This document shows, piece by piece, positions 11,198 to 23,679 of a stretch of DNA of 64,000 bases. The translations under genes and the position numbers were made by a program. The number at the start of each line of letters is the position of its first letter. Position 1 is the stretch's first letter. The stretch is from Orbicella franksi (taxonomy: Eukaryota), in assembly GCA_964199315.1 (NCBI GenBank), contig OZ116699.1:12586001-12650000 (forward strand), in the 5' to 3' direction. The notes under the pieces are model-generated. The model was given only the letters and a program-made list of their open reading frames with translations, did no database searches and had not been told where the DNA came from.

Positions 11198-13300
11198 ATG
11201 TTCGTGAGATCGGCGTTGTTATTTCTCCTCCTTAACCTGACTGGAGTGATGTTGCACAAGTTGAAGAATGACGAGATCGACGAGATCGAGATTCCTGAAA
11301 ACCCCAATCCAAACCAAAGTTTGTTTGTTTGTCTTTTGTTAGTTTGTACTTACCCTAATTTACAAATGTTTGTATCTTACAAACCTGAAAACGGAGAACT
11401 GAGCAAGTTTTTTTCCTCGCATAGATTTAAGGGACAGGGTCCCAATTGATATATCGTTTTCGTTAAGTATGGCCAGGAGCTTGCTACAAAATTGCTTTGT
11501 TATCTTGCCGTAGAACGAACAACGCCAAAAGTGGTGAAAGCAAAGAAATAACAACTAAAACGCAAAAATAATGACTAAAAGATTCACGTCGTCGGATGAA
11601 AGCGTCAAGACTACGCGACAAGATCGAATGGTGGTCTGAGTATTCATTGGAATTTTGCATATCGTTGTGAAGGAAATCTACAAGTTTTTATTTTTCCACG
11701 TAAAGTATTAGATTTTCCGCTCTTGAGACCTTTTTCTGTAGCTTTTCCAAAAATTCAGTGTGGCTAAAAGAACCTTGCTTTAACATGTCTGAGAGAAAAC
11801 GTACGAAATAAAGTTTGATAAGTGGTTATATGCATCATGGGTGACAAATTACTCCTTAATTTTGGCGCGAGATTTTGGTGTTAATTTATCGTTTCAAATG
11901 AGAACCTACAAAATTGCTATGGCAACGCTTGGCGCGAATTTTGTCGATACAATGAACAAGTCAAATACCCACGATTGTGAGCGTAATTTGTGACCCATGA
12001 TATTAAAAGGTAACCAAATGCTATACTAGTGAAATTAGGAAATGATTTTACTTGCATTTTAATTTGTCAAAATTCTAATAATTTTCTCAGCTTTTAGGCG
12101 AGGGAAATTATTTCCTAATATCAGTCGTTACCATTTGATTACCATACTTATTATATGGCCAGCTCCGTGAGCGGGCAAGATGAATCAAATCCTACGCTGT
12201 GATTGGCTACCCGAGCGGGTAAGATAGAGCTATCTTGCCCGCTCGGGACTACCCGTCCTGTCCCGCAAGAAAAATTTCCCCGAAAGCCATGTAATAAATC
12301 CATTATTGACCAAGCTTGTTCGATCAAGATGGCTGGATATTGGCCTCGTTCTTTTTTTGCGTGTTTATGGATAAACACACAAAAAAAGAACGAGGCCAAT
12401 ATCCAGTCATCTTGACCTCACACTTGGTCAATAACCCATACTTATTATTCAGCGCGCTCGGCAGCTCTACTTTCTAGCCGTGTTCACCCCTGGAGTTGTT
12501 GTACGCAGTATATATGGGTTATTGACCAAGTGTGAGGTCAAGATGGCTGCATATTGGCCAAGTTCTATTATTGCGTGTTTATGGACCGAGAGGGAGTCGA
12601 GGTCCATAAACTCGCAAAAAAAGAACGAGGCCAATATCAAGCCATCTTGACCGAACTACCTTGGTCAATAAAGGATTTATTGTATGGCTTTCGGGGAAAT
12701 TTTTCTCGCGGGACACGGCGGGTAATCCCGAGTGGGCAAGATAGCTCCATCTTGCCCGTTCGGGTAGCCAATCACAACGTAGGATCTGATTCATCTTGCC
12801 CGCTCACGGAGCTAACCATATAATAATAGCAAATATTGCATGCAATATTGCAGAAGTAGAATCTTGTTGTGCTTCTGCAACATTGCGGACAACAACATTT
12901 TTTAGTGATGAGTGGTGAACGGAAAAATAGCTTATAAGACAATATTATAACAAATTATCAAAAAGTGTCATAAACGTCTTTGAAGAAACAAACGTTTTGG
13001 GTGTATAACCCTTCTTCAGTCTTCAGAAAACCGTTAACAGAACCGTTTGCCGTTAACAGAAAACGATTTGTTAATGATATTCACTGTTCAAACTGACTTT
13101 TTTTTTCAGTTGGGAGATCTGCTGCGGATATTATAGAGTGTGTGCTAAGAGGCTGTGGCGTTTCAGCGTCAGATCAATGCTGGGTACCCTGCTTATCTGT
13201 TGGAAGTGCTATTGTGGATATTTTTGTTTGTGTGCTAAGAGGCTGTGGCATCTCAGCCACAGACAGATGCTGGGTACCTTGTTTGCCCTCATCAGGATAG
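11198..13300 (+). CDS. Cys-rich prepropeptide gene, copy 1 (divergent), 103 aa; coding exons 11198-11318 and 13110-13300
   Basis: Acceptor ttgcag at 11173 lies 24 nt before the ATG. Donor CAAA|gtttgt is phase 1; acceptor ttttttcag|TT at 13109. Spliced product: MFVRSALLFLLLNLTGVMLHKLKNDEIDEIEIPENPNPNQ-IGR-SAADIIECVLRGCGVSASDQCWVPCLSVGSAIVDIFVCVLRGCGISATDRCWVPCLPSSG*. AATAAA at 13538. Confidence 0.8.
12151..12826. repeat. Inverted pair of ~300 bp interspersed repeats forming a palindrome in the coding-exon intron of copy 1
   Basis: 12151-12441 is the approximate reverse complement of 12513-12826, with a ~70 bp spacer. The track shows mirrored ORFs on both strands. Confidence 0.8.
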
Positions 13301-14409
13301 TAATTGTAATTGTCAAATATCCAAACGCTGGCAAATGGATCTTATTACCAATGGTCATTTCACTTAAGACTGTAAGACGTATGGAAATCCTGCACCGTTT
13401 TGCTGATTTGTTTTTTCGTTGTTGTTGTTTTTTGTTTTTTCATTATTTTTAAACGAAGTTGCTGCTCATTTATGTTCAAGACCTTCTGTAATTAGGAGCC
13501 TAATCATAAAGTTAAGGACCCCCTAGGGTGTTCAAGAAATAAACAGAGCTGACGTAGTATTAACACAGAGTTGTTGTCGTTGATAGTTGTGGTAGCTTAG
13601 ATTTGTCGTTGAATCTTATTCTTCAATTATGTTCTTTCAAACAACTCGAGGTTTGCTTTTCTAGAAGAAATGAATGTTAGATGGATTACTTGCGAGGAAA
13701 ATAATCTTTCGGTTCTTCACTTTTTAAAATCTTACATGAAAATGTATTCATTGGGTTGTTCGCTATCTTTCAGAGTGTCTACATTTTGACTTAGAGCCTG
13801 TGTTTTCAATGAGCTACGATTACTTCTATGGCCCCAGTTTCAAAGTTGAATGTCCAAGCGGCCTAGAAAGGAAATCATCTAATTCGTCCAAGAGATGTAG
13901 TGTTGGAACTTTCCCGCCGTTTCCCTTGAAATCCAACTTGAAATCAGAGTCGGCCAGTCCTGGGGGGTGGGGTGGGAGTAGTGGTGTACCCATATACCTA
14001 AAATAGCGACTCGATATAACCAAAATTTAATCACTACAGGAGAAAGTATATGTTCTAGATCAAGGATAAAAGGAAGGGATTTTGAAGTTATATATTTTGA
14101 ACGATACCAAATACTTATATTCCAGCATACAAATACCGTATATCTAATTTAAAACCTTCTGTATACCGTATACCCCAGAATCCTGAGAAAATTGGAATAC
14201 TTTGCAAAGCGGTCCCCGAAAACGTAAAAGTTTTGGTAAGGACCTGGCTAGGCTTAAAAATACATTACTACTGCCCGTCGGTGACATCCTATCGCAGCTT
14301 GCCTGTTGGCACCCATGTATAGAACATTTAGTTTAAACTTGTGTAGCAATGATTAAAGAGAACATTCGATTTAAACCTAGAATCAAGGAAATTCAGAGCC
14401 ACCTTTTAA

Positions 14410-14690
14410 GTAATGTATCGAACACGAAAAACCGTGTTTGACCACATTTCCAAACACCGAGAAGACAGTTGAAAATACGCCGCGCAGCGGAGTATTTTTT
14501 ACGGATTTCGAGGTGTTTGGAAATGTGGTCAAACACAGTCTTGGGTGTTTCATATATCTTCTCAATCAGGGAGAAAATGAAGAAATAAAATCGTTAAAAT
14601 CCATGATAATTAAGATCAGATATCCAAACACCGCTACGGTCATGATTTCCTTTGTTCAAACTTGATGAATTATTAATGAGTTTGAGAAAG
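14410..14690. mobile_element. MITE-like interspersed repeat with internal palindrome
   Basis: GTGTTTGACCACATTTCCAAACACC ... GGTGTTTGGAAATGTGGTCAAACAC inverted pair. Absent from the other array units. Confidence 0.6.
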
Positions 14691-15397
14691 TTTATGAACA
14701 AAATAAGGAGTAAATCTTATATCGTTGAAGCTGACCTTCTGGTTATAAGTTAAAAGTCATTCGGCGGTGCAGTTGTCAGTTTCGTAAACGATAGATGCCA
14801 TTTTCACCTGCCGAGTTCACAGGCGAGTTCACACGCCTGCAGTCGCCGTTTTCGTGCAGTTTTTTTCGCTTCCAAGAGAGTTTTTCTTTTATTGGTAGCC
14901 GGCAAAACGGACAAAACATGGCATTATTTTTGTACCGGTTGGCATCATTGGACCATTTCGTCAGGAAATTTCGAGTTTATGAATTCGAAGGCTGAGTATC
15001 GTCTTCACCGTGAAATTCGCTGTCATTTTTTCGTTAAGTTCTTGGTCGTTCGCTCCATTGCTAACACCTGCAAAATAACTGGAGATTTACGTCTTCAAAA
15101 TTTTTTTAAATAAATATCAGAAACAGCTATTGACAGATCTAAGTCACTCTTAATTACACACACACAGACACATACTTTATTAAAGCTCCCCAATTTTGTT
15201 TTTCAGCATCAATGGAAATACAAAAGTAATTTAGGATATATACAGTGTAATCCCTTTAATACGACCGGTTATGGGCCATAAAAACGTGATCGTATAACCG
15301 GTGGTCGTATTTAACAGGGTCGGTTCAAACATAATGTTACGATTAAACATTACTAATTCTGGCCCACAATTATTCCTATTTGGAATACAGTGAACAC

Positions 15398-15639
15398 TTC
15401 ACTTCACTTCACTTAGCTTCTTTGTGCCTCGTGGCACATAATGCCTCCAATTTTCTCTGTTGGCTGCAGCAGCTCTTGCCTCATCCCATGTACGTCATCC
15501 TGCGCTGTTCCTCTCTCTCTCAACTGTTCTTCGCCAGGTGGTCTTAGGCCTTCCTGTCTTCCTTTTTCCTTCAGGTGTCCATGATAGGGCTATGTTGGTA
15601 TGGCTGTTTCTGTTTTGTCGTAGGACATGCCCTATCATC
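15398..15639 (-). mobile_element. 5'-truncated RTE-clade LINE
   Basis: Minus strand translates IGHVLRQ...WTPEGKRKTGRPKTTWRRTVERE...ALCATRH, a typical RTE ORF C-terminus. (GTGAA)n tail. AACAC direct repeat at 15393 and 15640. Confidence 0.85.
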
Positions 15640-15855
15640 AACACAACTAGAGCATTTTATTGTAAACTGAGGACAGTTTTTTGTTCTGTTTTTATTTGTT
15701 TTCTTTCATTTATCTCGTTAGTCACTTAGGGTGGTCGTAATAACGGGGTAAATTTATAAAGAAAATAAAGGTTGATGGACTCCAAGGGGAAGTCGTTGGT
15801 CGCCTTAGGGGGCGTTGACATATTCACTAGCTTGCTCCCCCTTAACGCCCATTAG

Positions 15856-16216
15856 TAGGGAGTTTTGGCAATGACGACGGCGACGGTGGGGACGACGCCT
15901 TGTAAAAAATGAATTCACGTCGCAACTGTGTAGATCTGTTCAGTGCGCTTATCGGTCTAAAAACCTGCTTAGGCTAAACATGCACCGACAGCTTTCAATT
16001 CCAAAGAAGATACGAAAAATTAACCATTGCGGTTCGCGTTCTCTAAAACATGATACGTAGAATTTAGCATGTCACGTTGTTGTTTTGTGGAGAACGGCAA
16101 AGAAATGTACCAAGATTCAAAACACACGTGCACAGCTATTGTTCTACTCATTAAACCATATTGGTGACAATCTCGTCGCCGTAGCCGTCGCCGTTGTGGT
16201 TTCCTAAAACTCACTA
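15856..16216. mobile_element. MITE with TAG(G/T)GAGTTT termini at a TA site
   Basis: Inverted ends with GACGACGGCGACG subterminal motifs. The empty site is visible near 28825. Same family as 62579-62948. Confidence 0.8.
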
Positions 16217-17639
16217 ATGTTAGCGAAGGGAGGGAGGTAAGGCGAGCCCATTTTTGGACGTTAGTGCAGGCATTTTTTACCAAAAGCAAAATTATCCATT
16301 TTGCTCAAGTTACTTCATGTTGAGAACACAAACAAGAAGTTTTCACCTGCACAGTTGAAAACGACTTACGAGTAAAGAAAGTGTAAAGCATACGTGAAGT
16401 TGGAAGTGCAATGTCGCTCGCCAGGAGGTAAAAACATTTGAAAACATGGCAGAGTTGTACCAACGATTCTGGTTCTCTCTTCTGAATACTGTAGTCAGGA
16501 ATAACAAAAACGTCAATAGCAAAAAGAAGACACGCAGTTGATTCAACAGAACAGCAGAAGAAAGCCTCATTTGATATCAATATAAAAAGTTTTCTCTACC
16601 TTTAAAAGCAATGAATTATGGTGATATCTTCACTTGTCAGTAATGCAGTGACTCATGGGCAGCAAAATTCCAAATGGACTTTAAGAAGGAGGGAGAAGTG
16701 AGGGATCTGACCTGAACCTCCAATTGACTTTAACCGGGGAACAAGCGTCAAGAAATTGATCAAGCTTTTTTTCGGGCCAAAAGGGAGTTGTCGTGAAGTC
16801 AAGATGGCTTGATGTTGACCAATGATGAATATACAACAAAGCGCGCGGCTTGGTAGTCTGTGCAAGAATATTTCGAAATGTGATCAAAACCAATCTATTG
16901 AACGAGTGTTGAAACACCTGAGCAGCCTGGGACACACTTAAAAATTTTCACGGCTTAGCACATACATTTCTGTCTCAAAACTTTGAGCTAATATTTAAAC
17001 TGCTAACGACAGATAATTCACGTGTGAGAAGTTCGTCATTTGCATGTGAGAGCACTTGCGCGCTTCTCTTTCTGAATTTAAGTCAATCAAAGCCCACATT
17101 ACAAGTCAAGTCCAACGTGATTAGCTCCTGGTTCGCTGAAAAATTGTCTATAAATAGTTTACTCTTGAATCTGATAGCACAAGACCCAATACCAGAGATG
17201 TACACTTCTAGCATTATAAACTTCTCTAATAATATACAAAAATTACAAAAGAAACAATGCAAAAAAGAAATTACACATAATAATTATAGTGATAATAAAA
17301 AAACCCTCATGAATAAAAGGTGCAAATAAACAAACAAATTCAGCTTATCCTCCCTACTACCCAATAAAATTAATTATTGTTAATATTGTTAATTGCAAAG
17401 ATTAAGTAGTTTGTCCTAGTTGCTGAAATTGCCTTAAGAGCTTGCATATCCTTTCCTAGCAATATTGAGCTTAATACTATAAGTAGTTTAAAGTCCTGAC
17501 CATGAAGGGTAAACTGTTTTAACATTTCTTAGAGTAAATAAAAAATTCCCTAATAATAAGATGGGATTAATTATAGTAATGAAGATCAAGTTCAAGAATG
17601 GATCAAGTTCACCTATTGACAGGACAAAGCATGTTTTCA

Positions 17640-17835
17640 GATTTCGAAAGATTTATATTCTGCAGAAAAAGAGTAAATGCTCGAAGGCTTCTGCCTCTTC
17701 TTGATAGAAAGTGCAGCTTGGAAAATCAGTTATCCCCAGAAGACAGATTTTCTTGATTGTAACAGTATAGACTTTAAAATTTAGGATTTTGTATTGGGAG
17801 ATTCCCTGATCTTACAATCTAGAGTAGTACTGCGC
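17640..17835 (-). pseudogene. Ancient L1/Tx1-like ORF2 zf-RVT relic inside the inverted-repeat arm
   Basis: Degenerate TTLDxKIRE(F)QYKILN...GITDxxSCTFxQEE..EHLLFFCR. Inverted copies near 20790-20975, 39385-39580 and 49945-50140; same-strand copies near 36420-36560 and 47110-47305. Confidence 0.6.
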
Positions 17836-17879
17836 AAGACTTAACTTTTCTTGTCCTCTTGCGGAGTTACCCAAATAAG

Positions 17880-18290
17880 AAAACTTCTTAGTTCCTTCAT
17901 CACGTACGCCATAAAAATTAGTCAATTGAAAGTTAAACCCACGAGACTCAGGCATCGTGTTTAACAGGAAGACATAAAGACCATTCAACTGAACGAAAAA
18001 CATTCCAGAACAGAACTGTCGTGACAAATAGAACGCTCTGAAAACACCCGCTGATCAGGCGAGTTAACCATAAAATAAACCTTGTTAGTTCTTTTATCGC
18101 GGACGCCATGAAAATTAATCAAGTGAAAGTTAAACCCTCTGAGACTTAGGCATAGTGTTCAACAGGAGGACATAAAGACCATAGAATTGAACGAAAAACA
18201 TTTAACGGAAAGAGCTATCGTGACAAATAGAACGCCCTAATAATCATTAGTCAGGCGAGTATTTCCGAGATTTTTATTTGCTTTTTCTCA
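17880..18290. repeat. ~190 bp tandem dimer
   Basis: Two consecutive copies of ...GTTAAACCC..GAGACT.AGGCAT.GTGTT.AACAGGA.GACATAAAGACCAT... Also at ~36560-36960, ~47350-47740 and as more degenerate copies at ~7890-8600. Confidence 0.75.
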
Positions 18291-21200
18291 TTTAGGGGTC
18301 GCTCTAGTTCTAGACTAAATATCTGGATACTTTTAACACAAAATTTAAGCTGAAGCTGAGACAGTCTGTCCCTATATATGTGGCCTTTGCAAAGAGACAA
18401 ATAGGCAATATTATAAAGGACAGAAAATAGTATATTGTACTATCCAAATCCTATCATACTATCCTTGTGCCGCTCGAGATAAAGAAAACATATGAAGGCA
18501 ATACTGTGGCTTCTGCATGCAAAGATACTTTTGTTGTTTTTTTTTTTATTGGGAAGCATACTTATGGGTGGCAACTTTTCTTTTTCAAGCCGATGAACTA
18601 TTTCATCGCACTGATAATACCTCGGGCGAGCTCGCTAACAGCTGTGGTTACGTACAGTGAACGTTTCCCGTGGTTGCACTCCTGTCGCAGCATCCCGCTG
18701 CTCACGCGAGATCACATGGCTGCTTTGAAATATTTGCAGCCTTTTTCGCTTTAGAAAGAGTTTTTTCGTTTTTCTGGTAATCGAGAAAACATGGCAATAT
18801 TTTTGTACTATGACCGCTTCTTATCATTCGACCATTTCGTCAGGAAATTTTGAATCAACGAATTCAAAGGCTGACTATTGTCTTCACAGCAAGATTCGTT
18901 GTCATTTGTTTTCCTCAAGATTTTTGTTCGTCCACTTCCTTGGTCCTTTGTCGGTCGCTTTTAAATGCGACCAATGACCTCCTCCTGGAGTCGCCCAACC
19001 CTGGGTTGGGGGACTCAAGGTTGACTCCCCCAACCCGTCCTCCTGGAGTCCCCCTGGAGTCCTCCTATTTTTTTTTTTTTTTTTTTTTATAAATTTACCC
19101 TTCAATACGACCACACGAAATGACTGACGAGATAAATGAAGAAATTATATTAAGCAAATAAAAACAGAACTGTTTTTAGTTACAGTAAAATGCACCATGT
19201 TCACTACGCGCATTGCAAATAGGATTTGAATTATTTTGTATTTTCCATTGATGCTGAAAAATACAATTAGGGAGCTTTAACAAAGTATGTGTGTATGTAA
19301 TTAACGGCGACTTAAGCTGTGTCAGTCACCCTAGGCCGAAACATGATTATTCTGGTCCCGAATGAAACAGGTTTCACTACGAAAACTGTTGACATTTTGC
19401 CATGCATTTGGCGAATCATGATCGAAACACGTTTAATCTGAGGAAGATTGAAATTGCCTTGTAAGATAGTTTCGATCTCAATCAAATAAAACGCGTCAAC
19501 CTTGACGGCTGAGACTTAAAGGGAAGCATGCTTCCGAAGGGCTTGTCAAAGCTCGTAATAAATACAAAAAAACAGAGCAATCTTGGGTTTAAGTGTAATT
19601 ATAACTTGACGATTTTATGAAAGTGCCATAAAACTGCATAAAATTCATATAGAACAATGTCGTGGATGTCTTTGGTAACAAAACTTATGTGAACAATGCA
19701 GCTACAAACTTTTTTATTGAGGAAGCGTGTCTCTTATAAACATTTTGTTACTCTAAACATGTTTCGGTGATAGAGTGAACGTAGTATTAGATCTGTCAAC
19801 AGCTATTTCTAAAATTTATTTGGAACAATTTCGGAGAAGAAATTCTGCAGTTATTTTGCAGGTATAGGTAATGAAACGAACGACCAACAATTGAGAAAAA
19901 TGACAACGAATTTCACGGTGAAGACTCTTACCCAGCGTTCGAATTCGAAAACTCGAAATTTCCAGACGAAACGGTCGAATGATGGCAAAGGTTTATGGTA
20001 CAAAAATAATGCCATGTTTTGTCACTTTTGCCGGCTACCAAAAAACGGTGTTCAAAATTTTAAAACGAAGACTTCTTAAAGTCGTCGTTTTAAAAGCAGG
20101 CATGTGAATTGGCCTGACAAGCAGATTGCCACGAGAAAAGCGCAACCACAACGGGAAACATTCACTGTGCGTCACCGTACAGCTGTTAGCGATCACGCCC
20201 AAGGTATTATCACTGCGATAAAAGGAATTCATTTGCTTGAAAAAGAAGAGTTGCCAGCCATAAGTATTCTTTCCGATAAAAAAAATTGGACATTCGCATG
20301 CAGCAGGCGTAGGATTGCCTTGACACACAAATATTTCGGTAGTACAAAGGCACTATAATAAATTACTTTCTGTGCCCTAACATTGCCTATTTGTCCCTTT
20401 GCAAGGGTCACAGAGAGGCAGATTGTCTCCTGAGATTAGACTTTTTCTGAATATCCAGTACGTTTCTAACTAGTCAAAAGAATATCCGGATATAGGTATC
20501 TAGGCCTTGAGCGACCGGTAAAGGCCAAAGAGTAAATTCAGAGGGCGAATAATCTCTCCTGCTCAAAGGTTATTTTTATGGAGTTCTCAGTGCTTGTCAC
20601 GATAGCTCATTCAGTTGAGTGTTTTTCGTTCAATTCAATGGTCTTGATGTCTTCCTGCTTAACACGATGCCTGAGCTTCAGAGGGTTTAACGTTCACAAT
20701 TTTTATGTCATCCGTGATGAACTAACAAGCTTTATTAAATCATAACTCCGTGAGAAGGCAAGACTGAAGGCAAATCCTTCATGCGCGGTACTACTATAGA
20801 TTCTAAAATTAGGGAGTTCCAGTCCAAAAACCTAAACTGCTTTGTCTATGTAAACGCAGAACTTAATATCGTCTCGGCATAACTGATTCTACAAGCTGCA
20901 CTTTCTGTCAAGAAGAAACACAATCCAGCGAGCTTTTACTATTTTCCTGCAGAATATAGATCTTCTGAATTCTGGAAATTTGGTTGTTTTGTCCTGGCTT
21001 AAAAACAATAACAGATATTAAACCGTTAACGAGGAAGACTTGATGTTGATTTTGGTCACTATATAATTAGTCACATTTTGATATTATGGAACACTGTATT
21101 TATTCTAAGAAATGTCAAAACAGTTTACCCTAAAATTCAAGGTTTCATAGCCAGGACAAAAACTTCTTAAAGTATTGCGCTCCATATTACTAGGGAGATA

Positions 21201-21948
21201 TCCAAGCTCTTAAAGCACTCCTCAAAAATGGGAAAAACCACTTAATACACGTGCAATTAACAATATTAACAATAATATTAGGTCGTTGGGAGGATAAACT
21301 GTGTTCGTTGTTTGTTCGTTTGCTTTTTTTTCATTAGTATTATTGTTATTATTATTGCTCTATAGTTATTATGTGTAAACTTACTTTGCATTGTTTCTTT
21401 TGTATTTTTTGTATGTTAACCTATAAACACCAGTCTACATCTGGCAGATCAACTCTTATTCCATTAGCTAATATTAAGCCGTCTTGACCTCACGACCACC
21501 TTTCGCTAGGTCAATATAAGTGTCACAACAATCTTCCTCTAGCGATACACCTAACCAGAGAGGGTCTTATTGGCCTCGAAGTTGTACCTATTTAAGTTGT
21601 TGTATCTTTTAGAAACACATCAGTCGCTGTTTAGCGCTAGCAGCCAGCTGAAAGCAACTAGAAACTTGAGGTACACCGTCAACTCAAAAGGTAAACCAGT
21701 GAGTTTTCAGTTTCATTTGATTTTTATTTCGTTAAAAAGTGGAAGCTACATACAGTTTTCATAAAGTGTAAAGGCTACTTCGGGTATGTAAATGTTATCA
21801 ATTTAAGTTTCGGATCGGTTACCGGGAGACTAAAGTAGTTATGAGCTTCATAAGTTATAGTCGTAAGTCAATAGCCAACGAGTTGATTTTTCTTTCATGA
21901 ATCTATCGTGTTACCATTGCCATCATTGAAAGCTAAACCGACAACAAT

Positions 21949-22094
21949 CCAACCTAAGCATTATTAAGGTTAACCTGAGCACTATTCATGCTAACCAGCG
22001 CGCTGTGCGGACTAATCAGAGCGCTGTTTGAACTAACTGAAATGTCATTTAAGATAACCGATGTTAGGCTATCCCTTCCCTACGCGCTATAAAG
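21949..22094 (+). promoter_or_regulatory. 21-bp-periodic CTAACC-like array plus TATAAAG, upstream of copy 2
   Basis: Hexamers at 21949, 21970, 21991, 22012, 22033, 22054. TATAAAG at 22088. Function is inferred. Confidence 0.4.
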
Positions 22095-23679
22095 GGCTTC
22101 AACAAACACACGGGTACGGCACATGTAACGAATATCCCGAAAGTAGCGACGAGAAAAGGCTGCTAACTGAGGTACCCTGATTTATAAGTCAAATGTGTCT
22201 ATGGGTCAAGAGTCATGAGTCGATGATTCATTAAGTGACAGGCCAATTTCTCCAGTAAGCCTAAATAGCCTAGGCTAGTCATCTAGTCCCTACACTGTCT
22301 CTTTGCTTGTATAATTGTTACTTTATTAGACTGCAGCGTTGTTTTCGTTTAAGAGTTTTCTAACGTCCTAAAGAGGTAAAAGCTTAGAAATATCGACTAA
22401 CTAGAAAAGAAAAAATGACTAAGGGATCCAAAATTTTATCAGACGTTCTCAACAATGGCAATTTTGATTTTGCTATGTCTTGTCACAAAATTTAGCTTGA
22501 TGAACTGTAATTCACTTCAATCCTTGCAATCCTGAACTTCTACCCCAAAATACTTCTTGCTGTTTCAGCTCATTTGTATACTTGGTTACATTTGGCAATA
22601 TAATATGGAAATTAGGAAAGAGAACTTTCGACACTGTCACTCACCAGTTAACGATATCAGTAAGGTTTGAATTGAAAACCGCTCTAATGGAAATAATAAC
22701 CTCTGTACTTGTAATTGTTGAGTTATGTGAGCACTTGACGAGAAGGCAAGCATTTGGAAGTTAAAGCGTGATTCATTTATATTACTTTATATAGAATGCT
22801 AGCTTAAAATTGTAAAGGTGTATTGAATGGTGGCTCAAAAGAGTGAAAGAACATGAATATTCAGTTTTTTCCTTGAAATATGGTGGAAACCTTGGGAATG
22901 AAAATTAGCACTGAATATCAAGAAAGTCCGTGAAACATTTGCCGAATGATTTGTGCAGACGTCATCGATTTCAGGCGCTCTGTACAAGACAAATTATCCT
23001 TTACAACATCCATTGTTTACTGAGAAGCGTTTAAATTGGGATAGAACAGATGACCCATTCCTTTCCTTCTTCGCTGCAATATGGTGAATATCTACCCAAA
23101 AAATAGGCAAGGAGTAATGAAGACTTGTTGAAACTCGGCTACTGAGGAATAATGGATATTCATAGTGAAATTATTCCGCTTCATCCCCAGATACTGACTT
23201 GATAATTAAAAGTAATTTGCATCATTAGTAGCCTGCGTTAGGCAGCAATATTTTGCAATTGTTCTTGTAACAAGCTGCTCAAAATATTGAGCAAACATAA
23301 ATGTTTAATTTGGAGTCTTCTCCTTGTTAGTAAGCTATCCATTAATTAATTCAAAAAATTACAACCTGCTGGTGACTTGAGAGAAGGGGTAACTTACAAA
23401 AATTTACAATTTAGCAAAATTTTACTCCTCCAAGCCGAGAAAGTTTCGGTTAAATATGAACGCTTTGGTTTGTTTCTCAGAGCCCATCAAAGCAAGAACT
23501 AAACAAGCCGCTGGAGAGAAGAATACGTTAACAACGGCATTTGGCCTTTGTTTACGACGAAAAAGTTAGAAATTGACTCTTTATGGTCGGCTGCTTATAT
23601 CCTTTAATCCACTTTCCTCGACTAACTGAGGAAATTCCCGTTATTCCCTTGCAGGAAAAAAAGCAAAAACGAAGACGTC

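Larger units (their letters stand above)
16780..21530. repeat. Degenerate large inverted repeat upstream of copy 2 (arms ~16780-18910 and ~19890-21530)
   Basis: Multiple blocks match in reverse complement, e.g. 17290-17400 vs 21250-21320, 18360-18450 vs 20340-20430, 18780-18910 vs 19890-20030. Arm ends are approximate. Confidence 0.7.

Noticed and set aside
18985-19090. GC-rich mini-palindromes plus a long poly-T tract
   Set aside because: A unit-specific local expansion relative to ~37650 and ~48220, with no TSD or recognisable element.
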